Part shown: piece by piece, positions 1 through 12,737 of the stretch | Numbering within the stretch: the first letter of the stretch is position 1 | How the letters are laid out: each line of letters begins with the position of its first letter | Assembly (NCBI GenBank): GCA_004431415.1 | Contig: QPMI01000433.1 | Location: 1-51,122 of the forward strand | Length of the DNA: 51,122 nt | Reading direction: 5' to 3' | From: Cyanophora paradoxa CCMP329 | Lineage: Eukaryota; Plantae; Glaucophyta | Program-made: the position numbers and the translations under genes | The notes under the pieces: model-generated | The model's database searches: none | The model's input: only the letters and a program-made list of their open reading frames with translations | What the model was told of the DNA's origin: nothing

Positions 1-1249
1 GCGTCGAGCATCTCTGGGCCGAAGGCGACGGCGTGTAGAGGGGGGTACGGCCCTCTGCGTCCGCCTCGCTGCGGGTGCGATTGCTGTGAGCTCGAGGCGG
101 AGAGGGTCGGGTCGGGGCGGGGCGGAGGGGAGGGCACTCGATGGCGGAGGGCGGGGCCGAGGCGGCGAATCGCACGGCGGTCAGGCGGAGGCCGAGGCGG
201 CACGCCTGCGCGAGCCGGCTCAGGGGCGGCTCCCGCCTACGAAACTCGACGCGACGGCGCCAGGGGAAAGGGATCATATGACTCGCCTCGCGCAGGGGGA
301 ACGCCTCATCGACGGGCCCGGGGTCGCCCTCGTCGTCGGCGCCAGCGTCCTTGCGACCTTGCACCCGTCTCTGCATGAGGAAGAGGGCCTCCGCCGCTTG
401 GTAGAGTTCTGAGACGGGGCTCTGGAGGTTGCCCGTCGCATTCGCGGGCTGGAGCTGCTCGAGAACCGAACGTCGACGCCCTCGCTCAAGGCGAGGTCCA
501 GGCACAGTCTGCAGAAGCAGGTGCACATGTCAGGAAGGGAAATTAAAGACTGCGCCCGCGAATTAGAAGCGGATCGCACCTGAAGTACTGCAGGAGGGCA
601 GTCGACGTCGGGCTCTTCATGGCATCCATGTAAGCGAAGTTCACCGTCGTCTGGACCCTGCACCAGCCTCATGATCAGGAGCCCCAAGGCCCTCCTAAAC
701 CCTAGGGCCTGCAGCGCACGTTTTCTTCCTTTCTTCCCGCTTGTTTTCCTGGATGTCTTTTGGGACGGGGTCTAGCCCCCTTCGCGCGCTGGCGTCGAGC
801 TCCCACTGCACCACCCACCTGCCGGCGCGTCAGCATGCGCAGAAGGGATTATGGCCCCAGTGGGGAAGGAGAATTCGAAAGCGGGGACGGACCGCTGAAA
901 TTCGAGCGCGCTCACGGCATTCCCCTGCTTTTTTCTTTAGAGCGGCTCCCTCCATCTGCAGTGCGTATGCTTACGGTGTCAGCGATGGAGGGCGTGGCGG
1001 GTACAGGGAAGCACGTGATGTAGAATCAATCCGCCCTCAAGCACCGCATCGCCCGCAAGGTCTCGCAGCATCTGATGGGGGATTTCGATAAATTTCCCAG
1101 CGATGCGAGAAAGTTTGATGACGAATATTTTAGAGCTCGAGCGTTCACGGGCCGCACCTGCAGTATGGCTGCGGGCTGGGATCACTGAAGCGGAAATCTT
1201 GGAGCATCCCGTTCGCCACTTCCGCCGCCTTGTTTTTGAGTTCGGACAG

Positions 1250-4200
1250 CTACGAGCACGTCAGATCTAGAGCCGCGCGCTTGCGATAGCTAGACCCGCG
1301 GAGCCCTCGAGCTCCCCCGCACCGTCTCTGCAGATGCCCGCTCGAAAGCGGCCCGCACGACCGGCTCGCTGCGCGATCGCACAGCAGCTTCCAGGGCCCA
1401 GAGTCCACAGTCGCGCCTTTCTCGATGAGGAGCAGCGCCAGAGGGAGGCCCAAAGGCGATTCCAGGGCGGCCTGCAGCGCGCGCGCGCGCCCTGCTCTCT
1501 CTGCCCCCGCGCCCGCGCGACGCCTCGCCATCTTGATCTCCCTTCCCTTCGTCGGGCAGCGCGCCCGCGTCCAGCAGAATGCGGGCCATTTCTATCGCCC
1601 TGCGCCGGGGGCCGCGCTCGAAGTGGTCCCGGAGCCCATCGAAAGCGAAAACAGAGAGCGCGCACTCGCGATCGTGACCGTCCGCCACCGGTACCCCTTC
1701 GGGAGGTTTGCCCCCGGACCTGGCACGACCGCTCGCACCGAATCGCAGAAGGCTCCGGCGCGCAGAAACGAGCTGTCGCACCGGCCGGCCCTCTCCTGCC
1801 CCCAGCCGCGTGGGAGGCACATTGCCGCCGCGAAAAGAGGCACGTCTTCAAGCCTAGGAGCCTTGGCGCCTTGGAGGGAAAAAGAGGGGCATGCGCCGAG
1901 CTCGAGGGCCATCCTGCAGCAAGGTGAATTTCGAAAGCCATCACACACGTGGAAGAGAGACGAAAGCACTTGAGAAACGGAATGTTGCGGCTAGAGACGG
2001 CCTTCGATATCGCGGCAGTTGTGTCGGCGTTCTTTGGCACGGCGTTCCCCGACTCCTTCAGCACTCTGCAAGAGTATGAATACGCGGGACAGCCTTTTTA
2101 GCTTAAAAACGGGAGATCTAGAGGCTTTGAGGCACCGCAAAAAGGTGGTCCCCTCTTCGCCACTGGTAGCCGCACGCGAAAAACAACTCTCCGTCGGGTC
2201 ACGGCTGCGTGCCTGCACCGGGGCGTTGGTGGCGTCAAAGGCGTCCGCGCCAGCCGCCAGCAGCAGCCTCGCGGCCGACTCGACAAAGGACGGCCCGTTC
2301 CGCCGCGCCGGCGCTTGATCGCGAGCTCCTGGCCAGGGTCTGGTAGAGGCAGCTCTGCCTGTCGCTCCCCTTGGCGTTCACAGCCTCCGCCAGCTTCGCC
2401 GAGGGGACTTTGTCCAGCAGAGCCCGCAGAAGGGCAGGTCTCCGCGCAGGACGGCCGTGTGCAGAGCGGAGCGACCTACGACTTGGTTGCGCGACTCCCA
2501 CGCCACCGCGATTGGATTCGTGGGGTCGGCCCCCAGCGCGAGGAGCGCGCGGGCCGACGCCAGCGCTGTGGCAGCTGTGCTGGAGGCCGCCAGGCCCAAT
2601 GCCGAGCTGTGCGAGAAACGGCCCGTGCCGGGCGGATCCGCTGGACGTCGACGCTCGGCTGTGCTCCGCGACGCACCAGCAGACGGACGAGCGGCGCCGA
2701 TCCAACAAGTGCAGCAAACTCGAGAGCAGAGGGTCCCGCCTTGGCTTGCATCTCTCGCTCCTCCCGTCCCCCGTTCTTGCCGCCTTGCATCCCGCCTTCC
2801 ACCTTGACCGCCGTCTGCTTGTCCTCCGGACCTAGCTCAGGATCCGGAGAAGCACCCAGGGCGACAAGGTGGGAGGAGTTTGCATCGGTTGTATGCACAG
2901 CACAATCGGAGCACGCCTCGCGCGGATCTGCCCCAGCATCGAGCAGCAGGGCTGCGCATCCGTAGTCGCCGGCTGCGCACGCTGCCACTAGCGGAGTTGT
3001 GGTAAACAGATGAGGGTTGCGACCAGGGCCAGGGCCGGGTTCCGAGATGCCGGCGACTCGGGCCGACGCGCGTGCACCCCGTTCTAGCAGAAGGCTGCTT
3101 GCGAGCTGAGTGTCGGTTTAAGGTAAGCTGCTCGTCGGAGCATCGCACCGGACGCAGTTGGCTGAGGCTGCGCGGGCCGCGAGGGCGAGGCAGATGTCCA
3201 AAAGCCGGCGGTGGTGCCGGGCACCAGTCGAGCAGCAACGTCTGCAAAAAGCTTCGTGAGAAAAGTGAAAAAAAGAGAGGGAAAGGAGGAGAGGGCGGGA
3301 AGGGGTCGACGGTTAAGGAATAGAATCCGAAATTTATGGGAAGCAGGAACCAGGAGAATGGGGTCTCCCTGGGCGGCCGCGATCTCGAGCGGGCTGCCGA
3401 GCCCCGCGTCGGGCTTCGGGGGGGGAGGGCAGCGCTCCAGGAGCAGCTTTGCGATGGCAGCACGCCCCTCCATCACGGCGAGCTCAGTGCCGAGCACTGC
3501 GCGAAGCGGCCCTGCAAAGAGAGAGATCGCAGCCGTCAGACCGGCCACGGGTTTCGCGCTCTAAAACAGGCAGCTTGCCCGCAAATCCGCGCCGTCGCAA
3601 CCCTGGCGTTGCAGTTGGCGGGCAGTCCGCCAGCGGTCAGGTGCCGTTCTACGCATGTGTGCTGCTTATAATTACCCGATCGAGAAGAAGAGAGACCACC
3701 TCCGCGCTGCCGGCTGCTGCCGCCGCCTCCAGCGCGCGCACTGCCACCTGCACAGGGATTCATTGCAATCGGAAGGGAGGGGCCATAAGCATGAACTGCA
3801 AGAGCGAGCCTCCTTCTCTCGTGCGCTTTTGAGCGGGACGTGGAGGAATCCTGGAATCGGTGCGCTCGCTTTGTCGGTGGTCGTGGGGTCCTTCTCGAAA
3901 CGCTCGAAGTCGTCGTCCCAGAGCCTCGGCGCGGCCCGGCGGAGGTCGATCTTCGCCGCGCAGGGCGTGTCGAGCTTCGCGCCAGCGTCCAGAAGCTCCA
4001 TCACGACCTCGACGTGGCCGCCCCCGGCGGCCGCATAGAGCGCAGTCCTGCAGTCGGATGCTGCGTCGACCCTTGCGCCAGCCCTTAGCAGGAATCTGCG
4101 GGGCCACTGATCATGAGACATGTAAATGCGAAACGTCCGCCGTGCGATCAACTGACTGCACGGAGGCCGTGTCACCCCTCTCAGCGGCGTGCAAGAGCGG

Positions 4201-4305
4201 GGGTGATCCATTCCAGGGCCAAGTGGCGGCGTTGCGGGCGGCGGGTACGCCCCTCTCCTCGAGAAACCTGAGCGGGGTGTCGGCTGGCGGATTCACGGTG
4301 GTGCA

Positions 4306-4372
<67 letters not shown>

Positions 4373-5368
4373 CCCCGGCCCCGGCCCCCTGATCGTACCT
4401 CACGGCGCGCTCGTGGGAAAGCAGCACGGCGCAACGGCTCAGCAATGTGCCACCGGCTCTGAGGCCGCTACTGACGACGGCGAGCGAGGCGACGTCTGCG
4501 CCCCGCTCCGCCAGCGCCAGGAAAGCGTCGACGTGCCCTGCCTCTGCAGCCTCCGATAGGGCGCTCCGCATCCGCTCGAGCTCCTCGTCCTCCGGATCCC
4601 GGCCAAGGGCCCGTGCACGTGCCTCCGATGGCGCAGGCGCGGGCGCGGGACACAGGGCTCCGATGTCTGCACCCAGATCGAGGAGGGCGCGGATGACTTC
4701 CACGTGCCCCGCTCGGGCGGCGGCATGCAGGGGCGACGCCTCTAGCTCCGGGTCCGGCGCGTCGACGTCGCCATCCCCCCGGTAGCCGTGCAAAGGGGCG
4801 CCCAGCTCGGCAAGCGCTCGCACAGCCCCCGCATGGCCGCACGCCGCCGCCAGGCGGATCAGCGACGTCAACTTGAGGTTCTTGCGGCCCGCGGTGCTCT
4901 CGAGCTCCTCCTGAAGGGGCGCAGCGCTAACCGGAGCGCTCACGTCGAGTCCCGCTGCCGCGAGGGCCCTGCGATCATAATTATATAAGCGAGCAGATGT
5001 TAGAAATACGTACGGTCATCAATCGACAGGCGGCAGCCGAGGACAGCGTGGCAGATCGCGCACCTCAGAACATCTACGGCGCCCGCCTCAGCTGCGGCGT
5101 GTCCAGCGGCGGAGAGCAGTTTTCGATATCGATCAGGAGGCGTGCTTGGGTCTGAATTCGCGAGAAGATCCCTGTGCGAGTGATTGGCGCCAGCGCGGCG
5201 GGCCGCTAATCAAAAGCTCAAGCAGCGGTACCTCATCCGAGACACGTCGCCTGCGGCTGCGGATCGGACGAAGCTGAGTCGCGCGTCCTCCTGTGCTGCA
5301 GCTGGCGACACCTTCGAGTCCGCCTCGTAGTCGGAAGGAACGTAGTCCGGGCTTTCCTCGGACTGCAT
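1250..5368 (-). CDS. Multi-exon ankyrin-repeat protein (boundaries approximate)
   Basis: Successive minus-strand segments encode ankyrin motifs: LIRLAAACGHAGAVRALAELGA, SPLHAAARAGHVEVIRALLDLGAD, RTALYAAAGGGHVEVVMELLDAGA, AACAAGDYGCAALLLDAGAD, SALEFAALVGSAPLVRLLVRRGA, RSALHTAVLRGD. Candidate ATG at 5368; 3' end uncertain. Confidence 0.7.
4308..4370. repeat. Poly-C homopolymer (~63 nt), probably intronic
   Basis: Direct reading; lies between ankyrin-coding segments. Length may be an assembly artefact. Confidence 0.9.
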
Positions 5369-5844
5369 CGATATCATAGTATCGCTGGACTGGCGCCGCG
5401 GCCGGCGTCCAGATCAGAGGAACCGGTGTTATGCGATGCTGGCGTCGCCTAGCTATATAGCGGCCTATATAGCTAGGCCTGCCGACTGCGCATGCATATC
5501 ACCGCAGCATCATGGCATATGCCGCGCTAGGCAGCTGAGGCAACCTCAGCCTGCCTAGGCCTCATTGTTTTTCTGCCGCAGTGCCTTGCTGAAATTAAAT
5601 TGGTGTCGACGTCTTGGAAACGATCTTATATATATACTATATGATAACTGTTTTATTGTGCACTGTAATTATAAGAATATAAGCAGTTGATCTTATCACC
5701 CCACCCCCTCAAGCCCCACTCCTAGCCTGGAGCCGACCCCCCAGCCAGTGTCACCGACCGGCTGGCCGTCCGATAAAGCCGAAAAGGCTGGCCCGGCTGG
5801 TCAACAAATCGGGCGGCTGGGCCATGGCCAGCCTAAAAGTCCAA

Positions 5845-5889
5845 AACCAGCCAGCCAGCTGTTCGGCCGGGCCGCTGGCCAGTGCCCTA
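5845..5889 (-). repeat. hAT-like terminal sequence (TAGGGCACTGGCCAGCGGCC on minus strand), related copy at ~44495-44559
   Basis: ccagccagctgttc..ggccgctggccagtgcccta here versus ccagccagct..gctgttc..ggccgctggccagt(cgctgagt)gcccta at 44.5 kb. A TAGGG terminus is typical of hAT TIRs. No partner end found. Confidence 0.4.
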
Positions 5890-6242
5890 GTCGGCGCCGG
5901 CCCGGCGCCGGGCCGCCGGGCCGGGCCGGGCCGCCCGGCCGGTGGTCCGGCGGTGGATCGATATCGCCGAGTCGGATCGATATCGGAGCCTCGGAGGTCC
6001 GACGGACTCCGGGAGGTCCCCGGGGAGGATCATCGTCGATTCATCGATATCCGATATGATCGCCCATTGATCGGGAGGATGATGCCGGCACCGGGCAGCC
6101 GGCGTCCGGACGGTCATGCCGCCATATGCATACTGTAGAACTAGTTAAATTAGTACAGGAAAATAATTAGTACTTTGCCAAAACTGCTTGTATGGGGCGG
6201 TAATATTGGGGGGTATACTGTATGGAACGACCTCTCAGCACG

Positions 6243-6313
6243 TAATTACCGCGGTACCAAATTACCGCGTTTTAACAAATTCTCGGCGCGGTAATTTGGT
6301 ACCGCGGTAATTA
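6243..6313. repeat. Perfect 27-bp inverted repeat, relic of the MITE family at 6885-7138
   Basis: taattaccgcggtaccaaattaccgcg (6243-6269) and its reverse complement (6287-6313). The same aattaccgcg/taccaaatt motifs occur inside 6885-7138. Confidence 0.8.
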
Positions 6314-6362
6314 AGTGAGCGCGGTATTATAGTGCCACACCAGCGTACCGTACTACGGTACT

Positions 6363-6816
6363 TAGGGTTCCGGGCCGAAATTTCGGCCAGCCGAAATTTC
6401 CGAAAGATTCCGAATTTTGGCCATGGGGGGTTGGGGACCTTCTGGCCAGTTCAGGGGGCCCTGAGGGGGGAAGGACTCCGGAGGAGCACGTGAGTGAGGC
6501 CCTAAGGGGCCCGGGCGCCGGGCGGCGGGCGCCGGGCGGCGGCGGCCGCGGCGCCGGCGGCCCGCGGGCCGGCACCAACTTGGGGTGCGCGCGCGGGGGC
6601 GGGAGTCGGGGACTGGCTAACTTCGTCCGTAGGCACTGCTAGACACACTAGTAGGCCGTCTGTCTTGGATTAAAGGGGACTGTGCATGTTATTAAGACTA
6701 GTACTTCCGGAGGGCAGGGACATACCGAAATTTCGGCCGAATTTCGGCGAATTTCGGCGGGCCGATTTCGAAATTCGGCGCTCTAAAATCCGAATTTCCA
6801 AAATTCGGCAACCCTA
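6363..6816. mobile_element. Non-autonomous hAT-like MITE
   Basis: Left end TAGGGTTCCG, right end (reverse complement) TAGGGTTGCCG; subterminal ccgaaattt/aaattcgg motifs clustered at both ends; no credible ORF. No clean 8-bp TSD. Confidence 0.6.
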
Positions 6817-6884
6817 AAGTCTACGGTACGGTCGCGTACGGTCAGCGTCGGTCACCGGGTAGGCCGGGGTAGCTATAGCTACTA

Positions 6885-7138
6885 CCGTAGACGACTTATA
6901 TACCGCGCTGACTTAACTACTGCGCTACCAAATTACCGCGCTCAAAATTGTTATAACGCGGTAATTTAAAAAAATTGGTAGCGCGGTAATTGTCTTTTGC
7001 TTAGATTTGCTAACACTTTTTGTATGACCGTACCCCAAATTGATGAAAACGCGCTAATTTGGTGCCGCGCTAAAGCGCCTACCGGCGCCGAAATTTTAGA
7101 ACGGGTAATATGTGGGGCGGTATTTAAGTCGTCTACGG
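6885..7138. mobile_element. Tc1/mariner (pogo-like) MITE, 254 bp, with TA target duplication
   Basis: TIRs CCGTAGACGACTTA(T/A)ATACCGC at both ends (one mismatch); flanked by TA at 6883-6884 and 7139-7140. Confidence 0.8.
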
Positions 7139-7490
7139 TAGCTAGGCGTGCCACGGTGCACGTATACGGTATACCGTTTATCCACTTTATAATTACCGTA
7201 CGCGTACGCGTACCGGTAGTACCGTTACTACCGTAGTACGTAGTACGTACGTGTTCAGAAGCTTGAGCCTTGAGCAATTGCGCGAAGGAGGCCTAGGGCC
7301 GCGGTTCGCGCATGCGGATCATGATCATCGGATTTCGATCGCCGGCGCGGCCGCGGGCCTTCGCGGCCGCCGGGTCGGTCTCGCCGCGGCCGTCTAGATC
7401 TTTAAATTTGCACTTCAAGGCTTGAACGTCAATTTAGCGCTAGCTATAGAACGGCTTCGACCAGCAGCGCGCTAGCGCGCTCTTAGATCG

Positions 7491-10400
7491 ATGGGCAACG
7501 TGATCGGCGATCCAATGGCGGGGCGGCAGAAGAAGCCCCAGGGGCCCCCGTCCCCGCCGCCGGTCGTTCTGGCGGCCGTCGCTGGCGATGAGGACGAAGT
7601 CAGGTACGCGACTGGACTCCGGGAGCTCGTATCTGCTCTGCACCACGGCCACGTGCACATCGAGAGCGTTAACGTTAAAACAGGCGGCTGCTGGCGGTGG
7701 CGTGCGCAGAGGCGGAAACCATTGATCCCGAGGCGGCTGCGAAGGCTGCCGCGGATGAGGCGCGGTACGTACATACGCTCTATGGATTCGTTGCTCTAGA
7801 TCTGCCAGGCTGCACCAGACCAACGTTAGCCAATCGTGGTGCAGGAAGCAGATGGACGGCGCTGGCCCTGACACAACAATTCCCATGATGGATTTGGCCG
7901 CTCGCATGGCCGCTACTCAAGCACGGTGCGCGCCGCGCGTCTTGAGATCCTGCTCAGCGGCCGCTCCACGCGCTGGCGATCCGCGCGCGCGCACCCTATA
8001 GCTAGCGCTCCAGCTTGGCGGCCGACGATGACAGCGCAGGGAGACGGCCGAGACCGCAAGGGCAGCCATCTTCGGAGATATATTGGCAGCCTCCGCGCGC
8101 TTCTGCAGCCTCTCGCTGGTCAAGTGTGCACGTGCTATCAGAGGAAGCTTAAGAATTTGCTTAGAGCTCGAGGCGGATCCGGAGCTGAGCGCCGCGAATT
8201 CGAATGCGCAGGCACGTCCTGGAGACCATTCCAGAGCTGCGGAAGCCAGTGCAGGCGCCGGATGCACACACGGAGCTGCATTGGGTATGGTAGCCTTGAA
8301 TGGGGCGCAAAATCCCTGCTGGCTGCGGCGCGTGCGCGGCGGCCGAGGGCGGGCGGACGGACGTCCTGAAGCACCTCCTGTCGCTTCCCGACGCTCGGTC
8401 GACGTCCAGGCAGCCTTTCGATCATCCCGACGTCCTTACCCACGCTATCCACGGCGGCTCGATGCCCGTCGTCCGGTTCGTCCACCGACGCGCTGTGCCG
8501 CGCGCGTCATGATCATTTATCCAGCGCGCCAAATTAAATCCCCCGCACGTGCACAGCTTTCTGCTGGAGGAACGTAACGTGAATGCTGCACGCTGGGCGC
8601 CCGTGCCAGCGTTCCTCGCTCGCAGGTGCGCCGTGAGCGAAGACGCGAAGAAGCTCAAGATATTCTCGTCCGCCAACTGCTTCGTGGACTCCGTCGAACT
8701 CCCGTGCGCCGCGCAGCGGCCGCCACGCACATCCCGTCGTTTCACGCACCCCCGGCCCGCAGCGTGCCCATCTGGCATCTTTTGAAAGAAGACATCGCCA
8801 GTTTACACGAGCGCAATTATCCCCTCGACACGGCAGCATGGCGCGGCCACATCGAAATCCTCCGGTCCGCACTTGCGCCTCGCTCGGGCCCACTAGTACT
8901 AGTACTGGGCCAACCATTGAATTCTCATGATCAGCCGTCGACGCGTGAATTTTCTGTATCGCAGGATGCTTTTAGACGCTGGGGAATGGGACGCGAAAGC
9001 GAACGCAAAGAGAGCATATTCCGCCAAGACTTACGGCATCAAATATGCCTTCTGCGCTGCAGCGATTCACGGTCGAGTCGACGCATGCAGGCATGCATTC
9101 GATATCATGGTTTTTCGGAACCTGATTATGATACCTTTCAATTGCAAGATCAGTGATATTGACGTGCTGTGGCGCAGGCTCCTGGTTTCGGTGGCCGGTG
9201 GTCTACCCGAATTCGAATTCCAATTGCAATCTCATCATGACAAGCTTATCCGGATCTGCGCGGCACTGGGACAGCTGGGCTCTCTTCGGTGCGCGTGCGC
9301 ATGCGGCCACCCATTACCGATGAGCGATTGTTCGTCTTGTGATCGGATGTGCTCGAACTTCGGAAGGTACCTGGTGGGACGAGTTGCAATTGGCGGCCGC
9401 TGCTGGCAGCGACGAGCTTCATCTAGCAATGCTTTGGGCTGTGCGCGCAGGGCACGCGGACTGCCTGCGATTCTTCGTGGAACACGGAGCGCCTCTGAGC
9501 TCCTCCAAGGCGAGCAGGCTGGCAAGATATCGATCTCCCCGCACATGTGCATCGTCGATTCCTTCTCTCAGAATAAGAACAGAGCCGACCACAACTGGAC
9601 GGTGTCAACCAATCCGGATCCCATGTACGGAGAGCCGAGGGACTTGATGCAGGCGGCGGGGTCAGCCGCCAGTCCCGAGTGCCTGCGGCTGGTCTGTCCA
9701 GCGCGAATTTCGAAGGCCGTGCGCCTCCGCCGGCACGAGAGCCCACTCTCCCTCTTCTACCTCAGATCGCCGAGCTGGATGCAGCCGCCTTCGAAAACGG
9801 GCGGGACGAGGCGCTGCTGCGGGCGGCCGCCGCGAAGCCCCCCCTGCGGGGCCCCGACCGGCGAGCGGAGGCCGTGCGGTTGCTCCTCGATCTCGGGGCC
9901 GGGATCGGCGACCCCGCCCTCTTCGACCCGTCCCGGCCCGTGCGGCACCGGTGCCTCCACACCCCCCTCCACGCCGCATGCGCCCAGGCCCGCACCCCCC
10001 ATCCGCATTCCTGTCATCGATGTCGTTCTTCTGACGTCCGGGCAGCTGGAGCCTAACCTCGACGTGATCCGGTGGGCTCCTCGCGATCGCCACCCCGACC
10101 TGCGCATGCTGCAGCCGCAGCTGCCGCTCGCCGCTGACTTCGGGAGTGTCGAGCAGGCTGCTCATTGAGGCGAAGAGCGACCTCTCCGCTCTGGACAAGG
10201 GGGGACGCACGCCCCTTCATGCCGCCGCCGCCCTGAATTCCGTGGCGCTCGTCCGGTCAGTTCGCGATCGGCCTGCAGCTGCTTGCGCAACCGAAAGTCC
10301 CAATTGCAACCGATGCTTCTTGCCATGGCGCGGTCGCAGCGCGCTGCTGGACGCCGGGGCGGACCCCGACGGATCCGGAGCTCGAGCCGGGCGAAAGGCA

Positions 10401-12460
10401 CCGCTGCATCTCGCGTGCGAGGCGCTGGCAGTGGACACGGCCCTCCTGCTCCTCGAGCGCGGCGCCGACCCGCATCGCGCGGCCGCGGGCGGCGCGCGGC
10501 CGCTCCACTGCTGCGCCTGGCCGAGGCACAACTCCTCCGATCCAGTTCGCGAGGCCGAAGAGGCGCGAAACAACCTCGAGGTCGAGGAGGTGCGGGCGAG
10601 GATCCTCGCCATCGCCGACGCGCTTCTCGCGCGCGGCGCCGAGATCGACGCCGCCGACGACGATGGGGCCACCTTCTTCACCATTGCGGCGGCGTCCGCG
10701 GACGGGCGCGACGCCGCCTTCCTCGGCGCCTTCTGGAGCGCGGCGCGGACGTGAACGCCGCCTCGAAGAAGGCTCTGCCCCCCCCCCCCCCCGCCCCCGG
10801 CCCCTGCACGCCGAGCTGAGGCGAGGCCGCAGGGGACCGCGCTGGCCGCCGTGGCCGGGGGCCCAGTTGAGGACGCCCTCCCCCTCGTCCGCTTCCTCCT
10901 CTCGAAAGGGGCCGACCCGAACGCCGGCCGGCGCCTCGCCCGCCCCATCGCGTCCGCCGCTCTGGCCGCCGGAGGCAGGACGGATGTCCTAAAGGTTCAA
11001 GTTTCATTTCTGCCGCGGTCGTGATCATGAATTCGCTGCCGACGCGCGCCCTCCTCACAGGTGCTTCTGGACGCGGCGCCACGCTCGACGCCGAGCACGT
11101 GGTGGAACAAGAAAGGGGCGCCGGCCCCCCCGGCCGCTGCCCGTCGCGGCCTCACGAAAGCGCCACCGGATGTGAGCGCATCGAATTCGCCGCCGGCCAC
11201 GCCGGCGCCCACGTCGATGTTCCGCCGCGCAGGTTCCTGCTCCAGCGCGAGTTCGATCGGCTCTCCGCGCCAGGCGCACCGCGCCCGCCGTCGAGCGCGC
11301 CAGAACGGTCTACCTCCTCAGCGGGAAGCGCGTGCGCCCATGCATCCCCATAGCGGTCGGGCTCGTGATCGCCGCGCGCTCATGATCACCCGCCACGCAA
11401 GGACGACGGGGCGCTCTCGGCGCCGCCGCCAGGTGCGGCCTCGCTCTGAGGAGATCTATAGCTAGAAGCCTTGGATTTCCCTGACCCTCGAGCCCTCCAG
11501 GTTCCTCCTCACAGCTTTCATCGCCACTCTCGAGGGCACGGAACCAGAGGCCGCCGGCGCGTCCCGCGCGCGCCCGCGCCGCGCCCAGAGGAGCTCGATG
11601 CGACCCGTGCGCGCGCCGCAGGCTCGCCATCGATCTCCTCCTCGCCTGCGACGGCCGGCTGCGCGTCCGGGACTTCCTCGTCAAGACCCGAAGGTCGATC
11701 CCGGCGCCAGCCCCGCCGCTGCAGCTGCCCGCCCGCCCGGGCCCTCGGCCTCTGACGTGCTTCTCGCGATCGGCAGTTTGCGGAGCGCTTCGCGAGCGAA
11801 GCGGGGGCGGCGGAGGAGGGGATGCGCGTGTGGCGCGGCGCGGTGCGCCTCGCGGCCCTCGAGGGCCGCCTCGACCTCGACGGCCGCGGGCCCGGCGAGC
11901 TCGCGATCGAGGAGGGCCCCTCGAGCTCCCGAACCCGATCTCTCGCGCCCTCCGCGAGGTCCGATCCCGCACGACCTCGCACCCGAGCGCCGGCTCGCCC
12001 CGCGACGACCCGACCCCGACCCCGACCCCGACGCCGACGCGGCGCAGGCGTGCCTCCTCGGGCTGCGCCTGACGGCCCTCCGCCTCGCCCGCGCCGCCCC
12101 CAGCGTCCAGTCAGCCCGCCGGCGCCGGCCCCCCCCGCCGCCCTCGAGCTCCCCATCTAACGCGCCCGCCCCGGCCCCGTGCAGCACACCCGCGGCCGAC
12201 GCCCTAGGGCGCGCGCCGCTGTACCACGCGGCGGCCCGGGGGCCCGCCATGCTGGACGTCTGCGGGGCGCTCCTGGACCGAGGTACCCCCCCCCGAGCCC
12301 GGCCGAGCCCGGAATCCACTCCCAATCTGCGCCGGCTTTAATTTCGAGCTCGCTGCGCCCGCGCAGGCGCCGAGCTGACGCCGGCGGTGCTGAACGCGAC
12401 GCGGGACGGCGAGTTCCGGCGGGCCCTCAAGGAGCGCGCCGCCTCCGCCAGGTCTTCATC
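7491..12460 (+). CDS. Large multi-exon ankyrin-repeat protein (possibly more than one gene)
   Basis: Motifs PPVVLAAVAGDEDEV, ACAAAEGGRTDVLKHLL, YPLDTAAWRGHIEILR, WAVRAGHADCLRFFVEHGA, DKGGRTPLHAAAALNSVALVR, KAPLHLACEALAVDTALLLLERGADP, LLARGAEIDAADDDG, GRAPLYHAAARG, separated by short intron-like stretches. Confidence 0.7.
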
Positions 12461-12737
12461 AGGTCTGCTGCACCCGCCCTAGGCCTCGCCCTCGATCGCG
12501 AGAGCTCGCGCTCGCGCTCGGGTCCGCCGACGCCTCGCAGCTACGGGCACACCCGTCGACGTCGCGCGCTTCGCCCTCCGCCTCCGCGACCGACTCCAAT
12601 CCGACGGCGTAATGGCGCGGCCCGCCGCCCTCGAGCTCCGATCCACCCCTCTCTGCTGCGGCTGAACGTTCTGCGCAGTGCTGGGTGCGGTTCGACTGGC
12701 CGGGAGGAGGCGCTCCGCCCCGCTAAAAAGCAGCGCA

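Noticed and set aside
1-1250. ORFs at the window start
   Set aside because: No recognisable domain; may be further exons of the ankyrin gene, but this cannot be supported.
6353-6829. ctacggtac on both sides of the hAT-like MITE as its TSD
   Set aside because: It is not flush with the right TIR, and the motif is better explained as the TACGGTA footprint common in this region.
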